Shown one piece after another: positions 1 through 12,960 of a stretch of 64,000 nucleotides of DNA. The stretch is taken from NCBI RefSeq assembly GCF_963921235.1, contig NC_086097.1, positions 157,172,001-157,236,000 on the forward strand, written 5' to 3'. The notes under the pieces were generated by a model. That model ran no database searches. It saw only the letters and a list, made by a program, of their open reading frames with translations, and had not been told where the DNA came from. The first letter of the stretch is position 1; the number at the start of each line of letters is the position of its first letter. Source of the stretch: Mobula hypostoma (lineage: Eukaryota). The position numbers and the translations under genes were made by a program.

Positions 1-39
1 TTGTGACCAGGGATAGATCAACAAATAGAGTGACTAGTC

Positions 40-315
40 ATGCTCTATTTGGGATGCCAATACGCCCAGAAGATGTCAAGAGCAGCAACTCTCCATCCAT
101 GGGAATGGCCTGCATTGCCCTAGCAGAGGATTCATGTGGATTTTGCCAGACCCTTCATGGGCACAAATTTCCTGGTCATAATTTATACAACTACAAAGTG
201 GCCAGAAGTGTTACCAGTGGCCTCCATTACAGCCTCACACACTACCGATGTATTGAGAAGCTTCTTCTCAATGACTGGTGTTCCAGAGCACTTAGTCATT
301 GACAATGGACCACTA
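40..315 (+). mobile_element. Gypsy/Ty3 LTR-retrotransposon integrase remnant
   Basis: Translation HPWEWP..RIHVDFARPFMG..FLVI..TKWPEV...LRSFFSMTGVPEHLVIDNGP matches the rve integrase core; it contains stops. Confidence 0.85.
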
Positions 316-524
316 ATCGAACTGTGGCAAATACCTCCATCCATGATAGAGGGTTTTAAGAAATGACCACCTCACAGTCTTTATGAAGACAAAGTCTCAT
401 ATTTCCCAAGAGGACAGAGGTAATTCAATATTAGGCATTCATGCAGTATCGAGGCAAATCAGCAGCAATGGAAATGTTCACCACCACAATGATTTAGTGT
501 ATTTCTCTTCCTACTATTACAAAG

Positions 525-736
525 GATCAACCATCTTCAATTGAAGAGTGCAAGAAGGCATTTTGTGAGCAGCAGTTCTTATATTACATAATGATTAGAT
601 GCCAGCTGAATGAAGCTACAACTCAGGATCACACAGATACATGTAGGTGTCTGTCAGAGGAACTGGGATCTATTGATGGTGATGTGAATAAGGAAAGAAC
701 TTGTTCGAATGGATGCTTGATGTTGAGCGCAGAGAG
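525..736 (+). CDS. Candidate internal coding exon (phase 0 to 2), unidentified protein
   Basis: Pyrimidine tract plus AG (tatttctcttcctactattacaaag), 70 open codons DQPSSIEECKKAFCEQQFLYYIMIRCQL...CLMLSAE, donor GAG|GTTTGT; non-repetitive sequence. No homolog recognised. Confidence 0.35.
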
Positions 737-849
737 GTTTGTTTACATTATGAATTACTCTATGACTATACATGATGATTTGATCTATTAAACAGCATCT
801 TTTGAAAGTGCTTTAATGCAGAAAATTCCTCCTGCCCAATGGTACTTGT

Positions 850-1985
850 AAGAAAATATCATGGTCCAGATGTTGGCAACTCTGATGGTAGAAGCTGACA
901 TAATGCCTCCTGAAGGTATTACCCATAGTGGGGAGCAATGTGCCTGAGATGTATTGGACAGAATCAGCTACTCTTGATGTCTTCTTATTTTCCTGTTCTT
1001 CCAAACATGATGCAACCTGTCAGGATACTTTCAACAGTACACCTGTAGCAATTTGTTAAACCGTTTGGTGACAAGCCAAACCCCTTTAATGTCCTAAGAA
1101 AATAAAGACACTGTTTTGCTTTCCATCTGATTTCATCTATGTGCTGGGCCCAGAACAAGTCTTCCAAAATGTTAACAACCATCTATTTAAATCTGCTGAC
1201 TTTCTCCAATGCTGATCCACCAATGTAATTGGCACATGTTTGTCCTCCTTCCCATTCCTAAAGTCAAGAATCTTTCACTTTTACCAATGCTGTGAGAAGT
1301 TATTGTTGAAGCCCCACTCAACCAAGTGTCCTATCTCATTTCAGTAAGCTGACTGTAAAGCCACCTGTGATTCATCAAACAGCAGTTTGTTATTGGCAAA
1401 TTTGAAGGCATTAGAGACACGTCTAGCTGCATGTGTGTACAGATAGTAGAACAGTGGTCAAATAATGCAACCTTGAGAAACACCTATATTGGTGATCACA
1501 AGGAGGGAATATTTTTACCAATCCTCACTGATTGGGAAGCTGAGTATCTGTTTGAAGATGGAAGTACAGAGGCCCAGGTCTTGAAGCTTGATAATGAGTT
1601 TGGATGGGAACAATGGGTTGAATGTCATGCTGCAGTCAATGTAGAGCAGCCTGATTTCCAGATAGTCCAGAGCAGAATGAAGAGCCAGAGAAACAGCAAA
1701 TCCTATTGCCCTGTTGTGGCAGTTGGCAAACTGGAATGGGTCCAGGTCATTTCTGAGACAAGAGTTTACTTGTGCCATAACCATCATCTTGAAGCACTTC
1801 ATTACAATTGATGTAACTGCTACTGGATTGTAGTCATTTGAGGTGGGTCTCAACGCACTTTTTGTCACCGGTATACTAGATACATATTTGAAGCCAACGA
1901 GAACCTCAGACTGCAGTTGCATGAGATTAAATATGTCCATAAATACATCAACTGCACAGATCTTTAGTACTTATCCAGGTACCAG
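850..1985 (-). mobile_element. Rex1/Babar LINE fragment (RT domain, decayed)
   Basis: NDYNPVAVTSIVMKCF..LDPFQFA..LALHSALDYLE..RLLYID; KAKQCLYFLRTLKGFGL..YRCTVESILTGCI. Confidence 0.85.
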
Positions 1986-2009
1986 AGGCACTGCAGCACC
2001 AGATAAAGC

Positions 2010-2730
2010 TGATAACCCTAATTCAAGGCCCCAAAATTTCTTCCAGGTGAGGGCAAAATAAGTGTGTCAGGGTCATCTACTCTATCTGGTGCTCCTAATG
2101 CAGCCTCCTCTACGGTGGTGAGGGAGATTGAGGGACTGCTTTGTTGACCATTTTTGCACTGTGCACCACAAAAGGCAAGATTTCCCAATTGATTACTCAT
2201 TGAACTTCCTAATCCCATTCTGGTATATAGGTTCATGGCCTCCTCTACTGTCCCATATTCTGTCTGTGCAGCCACCAACCTGATGGCATAAATATTTAGC
2301 TACCTTACAGTAATTTCTTCCTACTCCCTCCCTCCCCCTTTTTCCATTCTCCATTCTGGCTTCCCTCTTATCCCTTCTATGCTCCTTATCCGTCCATTAC
2401 CTCCCTCTGGTGCCCTCCTCCTTCCCTTTTTCCCATGGTCCCCTGCCCTCTCATATCAGATTCCATCTTTAGCCTTTGCCTTTTCCTCCTATTACCTCCC
2501 AGCTTCTCAATATTCTTCCTACCCCACCCACCCACTTTACCCCTCACATGGTTTCACCTATCACCTGCAAGTGTGTACTCCTTCCCCTCCCCCACCACCT
2601 TCTAATTCTGTCTTCTTCCTTCTTCCTTGACAGTCCTTCAGATAAGGTCTCAGCTTGAAATGTTAACTGTTCATTTCTCTCCATAGATGCTGCCTGATCT
2701 GCTGAGTTTCTCCAATGCTTTGTGTATGTT
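2010..2730 (+). mobile_element. Penelope-like element 3' part: GIY-YIG endonuclease remnant, pyrimidine-rich UTR and terminal repeat
   Basis: FQVR..VIYSIWCS*CSLLYGGE (GIY..YIG motif), then a C/T-rich tract and the ...gatgctgcctgatctgctgagttt... terminal repeat shared with other copies in the window. Confidence 0.75.
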
Positions 2731-3042
2731 CTCCATGTGTCAATAATTTTTTACCCAAAGAAAAGTATTATAATATCCTTACTATATAGCCCCAGTATCG
2801 ACTTTAATGGTATGTCACTCGATGAAATACTATTCACCAGCCAAAATAGTTCCTTTCTATCATTTTTTATATGTTCACTTCCTATCAATTCTTTTCCAAC
2901 TTTTAATAAGATCAATCACGTCACTTGTTATATTTCACAGAGAATGTGCCTCATTTATATGAAATTTCACGCCAATTTCTCATGCAACCCTCGCAGAGGT
3001 GGTGACATAATGAATTTGCACTGCTCTATTCCAGAAATATAT

Positions 3043-4165
3043 TAAGATTTAAGATTTATTTTATTTCTTACATATGTCTCTCAAAATGAGGGAGTAAAAG
3101 TCTACATTGCGTCTCCTTCACTATGTACAAGCAATAAGAAGGGAAATGTGGGAGAATATTACCCAAATACTAAAATTATATACATAATTGTTTTGTATGA
3201 ACAGTCATAAACAATCAGATCAATGTACAGTCAGATATGCAATCAGATCAATATGTATTGATCAATTTGATGTCGTGGTGAAAGAAGCTGTCACAGAACC
3301 TCTTGGTCCTGGCCTTAATGCTGCAGCACTGTGTACCAGGTGGTAGCAGCTGAACCAGTTTGTGATTGGGGTGGCTGGAGTCACTGATGATCCTCCGGGC
3401 CCTTTTTATGACCGCTGCTTGAAATGTCCTGAACAGAGAGAAGTTCATATCCACAGATGCATTGGGCTGTCCACTGCGATTAAGGGTAGTACAATTCCCA
3501 TACCGGGAAGTGACACAGCCAGTCAGGATGCTCTCGATGGCGTCTCTGCAGGAAGTCCTGAGGATTTGGGGACTTCTTCAGCCATCTGAGGTGCAAGAAG
3601 GGCTGTTGTGCTTTTTCACCACACAGCCAGTATGTGCAGTCCAGGTGAGATCCTCACCTTCTCAACAACAGTCCCATTGATGTCAATAGGGGATAGCCTG
3701 TCTCCATTCCTCCTGTAATCCTCAATCAACTTCTTTGTTTTTCAACATTGAGGGAGAGGTGGTTTACTTGGCAACACTGTGGCAGGGTGTTGATTTCTCC
3801 TCTGTAGGCTGCGTCACTACTATTGGAAATAAGGCCTATCAATGTTGTGTCATCTGCAGATTTGATCAGCAGATTGGAGCTGTGTGTGGCAGTGCAGTCG
3901 TGGTTGTGTAGGGAGTAGAAGAGGGGGCTCAGGACACAGCACAGGGCTGCTCCTGTGTTGAGGGGCAGAGGTGAGGAAGCCCATCCTTCCCACCTACCAG
4001 TGATCCAACAGGAATTCCAGGATCCAGCCGCACAGGCCAAGATCTCTGAGCTTCATGTCAAGCCTGTGGGGTGGGGGGTGGGGTGGAATTATGGTGTTGA
4101 ATGCTAAATTGTAGCCCAAGAACGGCATTGTAACAAAAGCATCCCTCTTCTCCAGGTGAGAAGAG
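3043..4165 (-). mobile_element. Rex1/Babar LINE, 5'-truncated
   Basis: LNTGA..CVLSPLFYSL..LIKSADDTTLIGLIS; RARRIISDSSHPNHKL..RFCDSFF; (aatctt)n-like tail at about 3043-3060. Confidence 0.85.
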
Positions 4166-5136
4166 GGATATATATCTCAACTAAATATTGTAGATACTAG
4201 AACAGATCAGGTCTGGGAATCCCTAAGGTACAATATTGTTATTCATTGTTTGTTGATGCTGGCCTATATTCATTGCTCATTCTTGATTGCATCTGAGAAG
4301 CTGTGGTTAATCACTCTTCTGAATGGCGGAAGTACCTTTATGACAAAGACAATCGCAGCTCAACTATGGTGATTTTAGATAGGAGCTCCAAAACAGAAAT
4401 GGCAGTAATGAATGAATAGAAAAAAAATCCATAGCAACTTGGAGAGAAACCAGCAGTTTGTGGTATTTTCCCCTTTGTTTTCTGTTTTGCCTTTCTTGAT
4501 GGTAGAAGTTACAGATTTGAGAGATGTTGTCAGCTGAGTAAGTGCAGTGCATTTTGTAGATGATCTTCCCTACAGCTGCACTGCATACGTAGTGAAGGGT
4601 ACCAGAATATTAGTACAGAGAGCTGGCTGGTACTTGTAGCGATAATCATTGATGGCCTGGAGCTTTATCATGTTGTCAGAGCTGCACTTTTCCAGGCATA
4701 AGCATTTGTCCAGATATAGTCCAACCATGAAATTAAATAGGAGAAAAGCTTCCACATGTTGATATGTAACCCTCAAGTTAAAGAAATTAAAGTTCCATTG
4801 GCAGGTTTTTTTTGTATTTCTTCTTCATTCTGTATGTGAACTCTTAAATATCTTCTGTGTGCCATTGTTCTTCACCTCTCACAATTCAACAACACTTCAG
4901 GTTATCCTTTTTGAGGATATTTCCAGACTTAACACCTGTATAATGTTTGTTCATACAGCTAAGGTATCAATTTCCTTTTTAATTTCATGCTCCTGTCTTC
5001 ATTATTTACTATGCCACCAATCTTTGTGCCATAGGCAAACATGAATTTATGGCTTTCTACTGTGTTGCCTAAGTCATCAATAAATATAATGAACAGTTGA
5101 AACACCAATACAGATCATTACAGGACATCACCTGTC

Positions 5137-5666
5137 TCCTCTTCTTCAGGCGCCTTGCCGTTTGGCGTGGGTGATCATGTCTCTCCACCCATTATGGTCC
5201 CTGACCTTCCGAATTGTAGTTGTTGCCTCTCCTGTTTCTAACCATGATGTTATTCCATCTATCATTTTCATTCTCTGTCTGCCTCTGCTTTTTTCCTTCC
5301 AGCTTTCCAGTTGTAACTAAATTTTCTAATGTCTCTCTTCGCATGATGTGTCCAAAGACTTTTGATTGCTATTTTCTGATTTTTTTTAAGTAATGTACGT
5401 TTTGTTTTCATTTTCTGTAGAACTTCTTCATTGGTTATCCTGTCCGTATATGATATGCATAGCATTCTTCTGAGGAACCACATCTCTGCTGCATTGATTC
5501 TTTTTCCATTGCATTTGTGATGGTCCATGACTCACAGCCATACATCAGTATAGGAAGAATGTAGCAGCTGAGAGTTCTAAGGCGGGTGTCAATTGCTATT
5601 TTCTTGTTTGTTAGGATGTTTCTCATTTCTGTAAATGCTATTCTTGCCATTGCTATTCTTGCTTTT
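5137..5666 (-). mobile_element. RTE-clade LINE 3' fragment with 10-bp TSD
   Basis: IKARIAMARIAF..LMYGCESWT..AAEMWFLRRML.ISYTDRITNEEVL; TSD atcacctgtc at 5127-5136 and 5667-5676. Confidence 0.9.
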
Positions 5667-5839
5667 ATCACCTGTCACTGGTTTCAAATTCAAATATATA
5701 GTGTATAACTCTAATAACGCACTATGCTTGGGATTTTGGTAATATTGGGATGAGTAGGGACTCCGGACTTTTGGGTGTTGTTCCAATTAATCAAATTTTA
5801 GTTTTCTTTTATAGATTTTTATGCAGTAGTTTAATAAAT

Positions 5840-6390
5840 ACTCCAGTGAACCTGGTAAGTTTTAAGAGAATACAGAAAATGGACCCCGGTAAATTTTAAG
5901 GAAGAGGGAAATTCAGACGAATATGTAAACAGGGACCATGGTGTGTCAGCAGAAGAGTGGGAAGCAAGGGCCTGCCATGTTCATGGAACCACAGAAACCC
6001 GCACGTGTGTTAAAGAAGCACAGGAACTAGGGATCTGGTATTTTAAAAGAAACATAGGAACCAGGAGACTGTTGGGATAATGGAAACCAGGAGTCCAGTG
6101 AGTTCATGGTATGTCAGGAACCAGGCATCTTTTGCATTAATGGGACCATGGGAGCCAAAGGTCTGGTGTATTAATAGGACCAGAGGAACTCGGGGTCCAG
6201 TACGTTAATGGGACCAGAGGAACCAGGAGTCAGTTTGTAATGGGACCATAGGGATCAGGGGTCTGGTGTGTTAATGGGACCATAGGAACTAGAAACCTGG
6301 TAAGTTAAATGAAACATGCAAACCAGGTTTGTTAATGCAAGTGTGATAAGTGGAGTCCCAATGTGTTAATGGAAGTATTGGAATCAGCAC
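5840..6390. repeat. Degenerate minisatellite, unit about 33 bp
   Basis: Recurrent aatgggaccataggaaccaggggtc(c/t)(a/g)gtgtgtt-like units, best preserved at 6140-6300. Confidence 0.7.
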
Positions 6391-7261
6391 CCCCTGAATC
6401 AGTTGTTGAACTGTAGGGTAACATAATGAATGACAGATGACACATACTGTTTGTCACAAAAACTGTTTTATATAATTCAAAACAGTCATTGAGTGGTGTC
6501 CACTTTAAGAGACGATGTCAGTGTAAGGTAACTGTTTCTGTTTTATTCGGAAGGGAAGAAAAGGACTGCGACTTTTGTTAAGCACATAAAATGACTCTTG
6601 CAAGTTTTATTCACAAAATGCCACAGAACCACTGAGATTTCTCAACAATAGGATAGCAAATTATCAGAGTTTTATAGTTTTCACTGCTTTAATCTGTAAT
6701 GCCCAACCATTCTCCCAGCAAGTTTGTTATATGTCTTTAATTTTACTAGTAATAATAAAGTATGCAAACACCACCTTAACAATGAGAAGTAACTCCATTT
6801 CCAAATGTGGAAATATACAAGAAAATGTGAAATTACAATACAAAAATATAATATAGTTGCTACATAAAAATGTAAATGATTCATAAAGGAATCCTGAAGG
6901 ATTCAATGAACTTGACTCTCAGGACTCCAGGTACAGCACCAGGAAGTAGACGAAGGTCAGCCATTACCGAAGAGAGAGCGCCAGGACAAAGACTGAAGCC
7001 AGACTGAAGTGTCGAGGCCGGAGAAAATGAATTTGTCTTCAGCCCCACTACTCTGTGCCAGCCAAGGTACCCAACCTGAGCCCACCCAATCTGCATGTGT
7101 TTAACCCATCTCCTTCTCTTCTTGCTACTACCATCAGGTAGCAGGTGCACAATTCTTTGTTCCCACACCACCGGGTTCAGGAACGATTTTTGCCCTACAT
7201 TTATTAGGCTCCTGGATCAGCCTGGATGTCTTCACTCATCTCAGTGCTGAACTAACTCCAA

Positions 7262-8098
7262 AGTCTATGGACTTGGTACCAAGGATTTTACTGCTGGTGG
7301 ACTCAACATCAAGGATTTTACAGTCTATGGACTTGGTATCGAGAATTTTTACAATCTATGGACTCAGTATCGACAATTTTACAATCTATGGACTCAGTAT
7401 TGAGGGTTTTACAGCCTATGGATTCCGTATCATGGATTTTACAGTCTATGGACTCGTTATCGAGGATTTTACAATCTATGGACTCAGTATTGAGGGTTTT
7501 ACGATCTATGGACTCAGTATTGAGGGTTTTACAGTCTATGGACTCGTTATCGAGGATTTTACAGTCTATGGACTCGTTATCGAGGATTTTACAATCTATG
7601 GACTCGGTATCAAGGATTTTACAATCTATGGACTCAGTATTGAGGGTTTTACAGTCTATGGACTCAGTATCGAGGATTGTACAGTCTGAAGCACCTTCAA
7701 TAACTCCAAAAGACTGAGGTTTGGTAAAATACTGAAAGGCTTTTATTCGCTGTACAATACGACCTCCATGGTGAGTGTATGCTCCCGGACTGAGGGGGAG
7801 GGGCAAGGCGAAACACCTTTATACAGGACTCTGTGGGAGGAGCCACAGGGCAGTCAGCAGAGGGACAAGTCCAGACAGTTAACCCAGTTACAACACATAT
7901 ATATGGTTTACCACACAATCTATGGATTCAGTATGAGGATTTTACAAGCTATGGATTCAGTATGAGGATTTTACAGTCTATGGATGCGTTACTGAGGGTT
8001 TTACAGCCTGGGGACTCAGTATTGAGGATTTTTCAATCTATGGACACGTTATTGAGGATTTTACAGCCTGTGGACTCAGTATCAAGGATTTTACAGCT
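7262..8098. repeat. 30-bp minisatellite (about 14 + 6 units) split by a solo LTR
   Basis: Contiguous acagtctatggactcagtatcgaggatttt units with no unique spacers. Confidence 0.95.
7687..7915 (-). mobile_element. Solo LTR (229 bp)
   Basis: TG...CA termini, TATAAA followed by AATAAA on the minus strand, 5-bp TSD cagtc/caatc (1 mismatch). Confidence 0.8.
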
Positions 8099-10605
8099 CG
8101 TTCTCAGTATTATCTGTTTACTTTATTATTCGCATGATTTATCCTCTTTTGTTACTTTGGATGTTCATTAGTCTTGGTTATGTGTGTTTTTTCATGGATT
8201 CTATTGTACTTCTTTAATTTCCTGTGGGTGCCTGAAAGAAAATAAACTTCAAGGTTGTATATAGAATACAGACTTTGATAATAAATTTAATTTGAACTTT
8301 GTACTTATAGAGGGTGAGAGAAACCTATTAGGTAGGTCAGAGATTTAAGAAAGTTTTCACATACATTTTGTCAGTTCTCGCATATTGAGAGATAAGTCGC
8401 TCCATTGTTTCATTATTTTGAAATGGACAGGTTTGCCTGTTAGATGGGAGAGCAAGAATTAGGTGGGTGAGTGGAATGGAGTGCTGGAACTGGGATTTCA
8501 GTGAGTCAGTGGGGAGCACAGAAACTGGGGCCCCAATGAGTTGGAAGGGAGCACAACAAAGGTGAATCAGATGCCAAAACACTGAGAATTGTCAGTGTTG
8601 TACTGTACACAGAAAGGCGTGAACTCAGTCTAGACTGGGGGATTACCATCGGCCAAAAACATCTGAACCATCCACAGTACAAGAGCTGATCAGAGGCTGA
8701 GTACACTGAAATGAGGATGTCACACCCTGCTTTCTTAAGTCCTTTGTAATATGAAATAGTTTGTGATGGAATGTTTTATTTTTGGCTGGAAGAATACAGC
8801 TCCAAAAATACTTAAATTTACTATATTCAAAAACCACTTAAGAATTTCAGAAGTTATGAGATGAACGGGCTATGTGATTAACAGAGTAAACACACTCTAA
8901 CACTTATTCCCTCCACCACAGCTGCTGTATATGTCAGCTACAAATATCCTTTAATTATGCATGAGGGCTGTTTTGGCAGTATGCCCAGTTTGGTATTTTT
9001 TACATACTGGTTTTCTGCCCTGTTGAGTGCGGTCTTTCGTTGATTCTATTGGATTTACTGTATGCTAGGAAGAAAACTAAGCTCACGTTGTATATGATGT
9101 CATATATGCACCTTGATAATAAATTTACTTTGAACTTTGAACCTCAAATCTGTAAATTCTTTGAGCAAGAAGAATACAGGATGTGTTACTAGCACCTCCT
9201 GAATATTGTTCTCCAAGTCACACCCCATCCTGACTTCGAAATATCATAGTTTATCATTGTTGGATCACAGTCTGGAATTTCCTGCTCAGGACCATCGTAG
9301 AGTAGATGCAGTTGAAGAACTGCAGAAGTGAAGTGAAAGAGCAAGTCACCACCACTCAGGGTTGTGTAATAAATGCTGGTTTGCCAGTAATGCTGCCTCT
9401 TTATGAATGAATATTTAAAAGCAAAGACTGAATCTTGATGGGGTCAGTTTCTGTGAAGTTCAGTAGAAGAGCCATAGTAAAATAGCATTGATGACAGATG
9501 ATTGGCAAAACCTTCAGTAAAGTTCACCCAACAAATACTTCTCAATACACGGTAGCTATGTACTACTGATAATCTTGTGAGCAAGTGGGTGCAATAGAAA
9601 GCTTATAAACTATATGACTGAAAGGTCGATATCCTGTGGTTGGTTTATCTGCCCATTTTAGAAGAACAAGGCAGTTTCTTATTAACATTGCCAAGTGAGG
9701 TTAACATCCACCTCCAAGGATGACCTTTCTTGAGCCTATTATCTCATTTGAAAATCATCAAGATGTGCAAATTTTCACCTCAGGTAATAAAATGCACTGT
9801 ATACTTCTTCAGCTGTGCCTATATTTCCAAAACTATCAAGTTTTGAGAAATGGTGAACAATTAACTTCTTTGATTTGGAAAAGATTTAATGTATATTTGT
9901 ACCACTTCATAAGTGTATACAAATTTTCAGGTTCAAGAAAAGGGCCTGTAATGTGTTGTACAGTTCTATGTTCTAAGTAAAACAAATTATTTTATTCTTT
10001 TCTCATGGAAAATATCCTTGTCATCAAGCATTTCAGCTTTATATTTCAAAGTCTACTAACATAAAATAGATAAATCATATCAAAGTTTTTTTTCCTTTCA
10101 TCATCTGTTTTACTCCGTTATCCAATCTATTGTTGATTCCCTTTATGTTTGAACACATCATGATGAAGAATTTGACAATGTAACTTAGTTAAGTTCCTTT
10201 ATATAATTTATATTTAAACTTCAAGCATAAGTTAATAGATTTTGAAATAGATGAAGGGTTGAACCAGAATCTACTGGTCCCCTGGGCAGAGTCTCAACCA
10301 GGAGGGAAATGCCCTTTCCAGTCACAGGTTTTTCCTTATTAAAGGAAATGCAACTAAATTTCCCTAGCATGTCTTTAGAAACCCCAAAGTGTTTGATCAT
10401 TTCTATAATCTCTCCTTAGTAAAGCATCTTTAAAACAGCTTGCAGATTTCTTCTGTGATTGGAATATATTCAGGTGGTTCTCTGCGATTAATAATTGAGC
10501 TTAATTATTGTAGTTGGGGCGGGGGGGGGGGGAATCTCTTTTGAACTTTACCTGATCTTAACTGCATTAGAGCAGATAAAAAAGACTAATCCATGTCTTA
10601 TACAG

Positions 10606-10718
10606 CTGAGAATTTCATTGTGGGAAGCTCAATGGATGAGTGGAATTGGGTTTACTTTAATGGAGAGTATCATCAGGAAGGTGTAAAATCAGCAATTTTC
10701 CATTATTGTCAGTGGGAG
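10606..10718 (+). CDS. Candidate internal exon (phase 1 to 0), unidentified protein
   Basis: Branch-like ctaat, acceptor cttatacag, open frame ENFIVGSSMDEWNWVYFNGEYHQEGVKSAIFHYCQWE, weak donor GAG|GTTAAG. Confidence 0.25.
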
Positions 10719-11496
10719 GTTAAGTTTACCAACTGACAGTTTACCAGCATTATGCAGTATGTTGGTACCAAGAGAAGAAACAATTGCAATAATGGTAATT
10801 TTACTGCAAAACCTTCTATTGAAGGTATATTTATGGTATACATTGATAATACCCTGTGACAAATGGCTTCACAACCTTTTACAATAAAATTTCCACTTCC
10901 ATTTCAGTAAAAAAAATGCTTATCTTGCCCCACTATGACATAAATGTCTAACAACACCACAATTGTTTCTTTCTGTAGTTAGGGTTTTTCCAGACATACA
11001 CTCAGACAGGAGCAGCCTTGTGCTTTTACTTTGTTTTTACTTGTTTTGAATTTTCCAACTAAATTAAATTTAAATTAGCAAACTCTCATGAACTTCCAAC
11101 AAAGTTTGGCTTTGTCTCCATCCACCATCAGGGGGTTGTCCTCCCTAGAACATGATCTACTTTAAATAATAAATAGCAGTATGCTCTGAAAATTTACTTT
11201 CAATATATTAATACTTCTACACATCAAATGCATAACTTCATCCATACAGTTAGCAATTCTAATGCAGCATCATATCATTTCTGATATGATGAATCATATC
11301 ATCATATGATTCATGATGATATCATGAATATCATCATTTTCAGATCTGAAATTTGGCAGACTATTTTCAAATCCAGTCCATCAAATCCCTAAATTACGCA
11401 CATTGCTACCAAGTGTCAAAATGAATATTGAAATGGCCCAGTATTTTACAGACTAAACTTCCTTGGGGATCTCAATAAATCAGTCAATATCAGTTC

Positions 11497-11707
11497 TGTT
11501 ATGTTTGGTAACTTCAAAACATTAAACTAATTCATAAGAAGGCACAGAAGTCTGAAATACAGGTCTAACGCAGTTTACTTTAAGCAAGGTACACATGTAT
11601 CACGTAGTAGTGTAATAGTGTATGCAATTCATGTATACATATAAACCATAATAAATATATATATATATATATAATTATTCAAATATTATTGAAATATTAA
11701 ATACACA
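11497..11707. mobile_element. Solo LTR, family also present at 24977 and 33682
   Basis: TGTTATGTTT...ACACA termini, TSD agttc/ggttc, three homologous copies in the window. Confidence 0.7.
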
Positions 11708-11929
11708 GGTTCCTCTAGCATTTTGTGTGTGTTGCCCTTCCTTTTTTCCACCTTGACTTGATGAAAGACACAGACGGTAACCATCTTTCAGGAGAGGTAA
11801 TGAGTTCTGGATCTTTCAAGATTTCCTCGAGACTCCCATCATCACAGAATATTTGTATCGCACTGTGTCAGACAATGAGTTTCTAAAACAAGAGTGGGCT
11901 TAGTCACATCCAATTAATAATCGGTGTAA

Positions 11930-12960
11930 TTACCAAGTCCCCCGATCATGAACATCTGGAACATTAGTGGTGATGATCTGCTAAGCCATGGCTGCAAGAA
12001 CAGGGCAGAGGATGTATATCTAATCGGGAGAAAGTTGCCTCCTGATCCTCCATATTGTAACAACAATCTGCAAGGCAAATCAGCACTATGATGCAATATG
12101 CACTATGTCTGGATTTGTGAAGTTTCACCACACATAAGAAAGTTGACACCAACCAGGGCAAAGCAGGAAATTTGATAACTCTTGATCCACTACACCAGTG
12201 GTCCTCAACCTTCGGGCTGCGGACCAATACCGGGCCGCGAAGCATGCAGGAGTGCAGCGGTAGCTGGAGCGTACCCAGCATTCTTAAAGAAAAAAGCAGA
12301 AAAAAACAAGCTGATTAATTAGGTGCCGCTCAGCATGTAAATGTCAGCCCAGATCAGAGGCGATTGTCGATTTCACTTGCTCTACGTGATATTCACTCCT
12401 CTTTCCAGGGTGCTGGAGCCTTTAGCTGTTCCATTGTTTGGTCAATTTAACCGCCAGCCCAGACAGGCTGAAAAGACAGGGCTGTCAGGATCGAATCGAT
12501 ATGTTGAATCTACACAAACTTCTAATAAAGTATAGGCGCCGCCGTGCTTTCTTTGTAATGACAGTTACTTGCTGGTCCCAGGACAGATCCTCTGAAACTT
12601 TACAGAGAGAGAAACATCGATCCTTAATGTCGAAGAATTTAAAGTTATTGACCCTCTCCACCTCAGTTCCTCTAATGAAGACTGGCTTCTGGGCAGCACC
12701 TAATTAATTAGCTTGTTATTTTGGCTTTTTTCTTAAAGGTGTGCTGGGTGCACTCTGGCTACTACTGCACCCCTGCATGTTTCGCAGCCCAGTATCGGTC
12801 CGCACCCTGGAGGTTGGGGACCACTGCACTACACTATCCATTCACACTAATGCAGTGTGTGCCATCTTTAAAGTGCATTCCAAAACCAACCAAAGTTTTC
12901 CCAAAGGCAATTCTCAAGGGCACAGTCTAAAAGAACCATAACAATCTGTGCACTGAAAAT
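11930..12960 (+). mobile_element. Highly decayed Gypsy integrase-like remnant, split by a hAT MITE
   Basis: HGCKNRAEDVY resembles the integrase Zn-binding CKxRARxxVY segment; KVDT..GK..LITLD resembles the start of rve. Confidence 0.3.
12196..12826. mobile_element. Non-autonomous hAT element (MITE) with long TIRs of about 135 bp
   Basis: CAGTGGTCC(T/C)CAACC termini; perfect 8-bp TSD cactacac at 12188-12195 and 12827-12834. Confidence 0.92.

Larger units (their letters stand above)
7105..8300 (+). mobile_element. Rex1/Babar 3' end hosting a minisatellite and a solo LTR
   Basis: cttgctactaccatcaggtagcagg..caccaccgggttcaggaac and the terminal gataataaattt..ttgaacttt match the Rex1 3' ends at about 14030-14450 and 18860-19235. 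Confidence 0.75.

Noticed and set aside
5840..6390. Repeat-spacer array
   Set aside because: The linkers are diverged versions of each other, not unique spacers.
7262..8098. CRISPR-like array or repeat protein ORFs
   Set aside because: Units are contiguous with no unique spacers, no cas genes are present and the context is eukaryotic; the ORFs follow from the 30-bp period.
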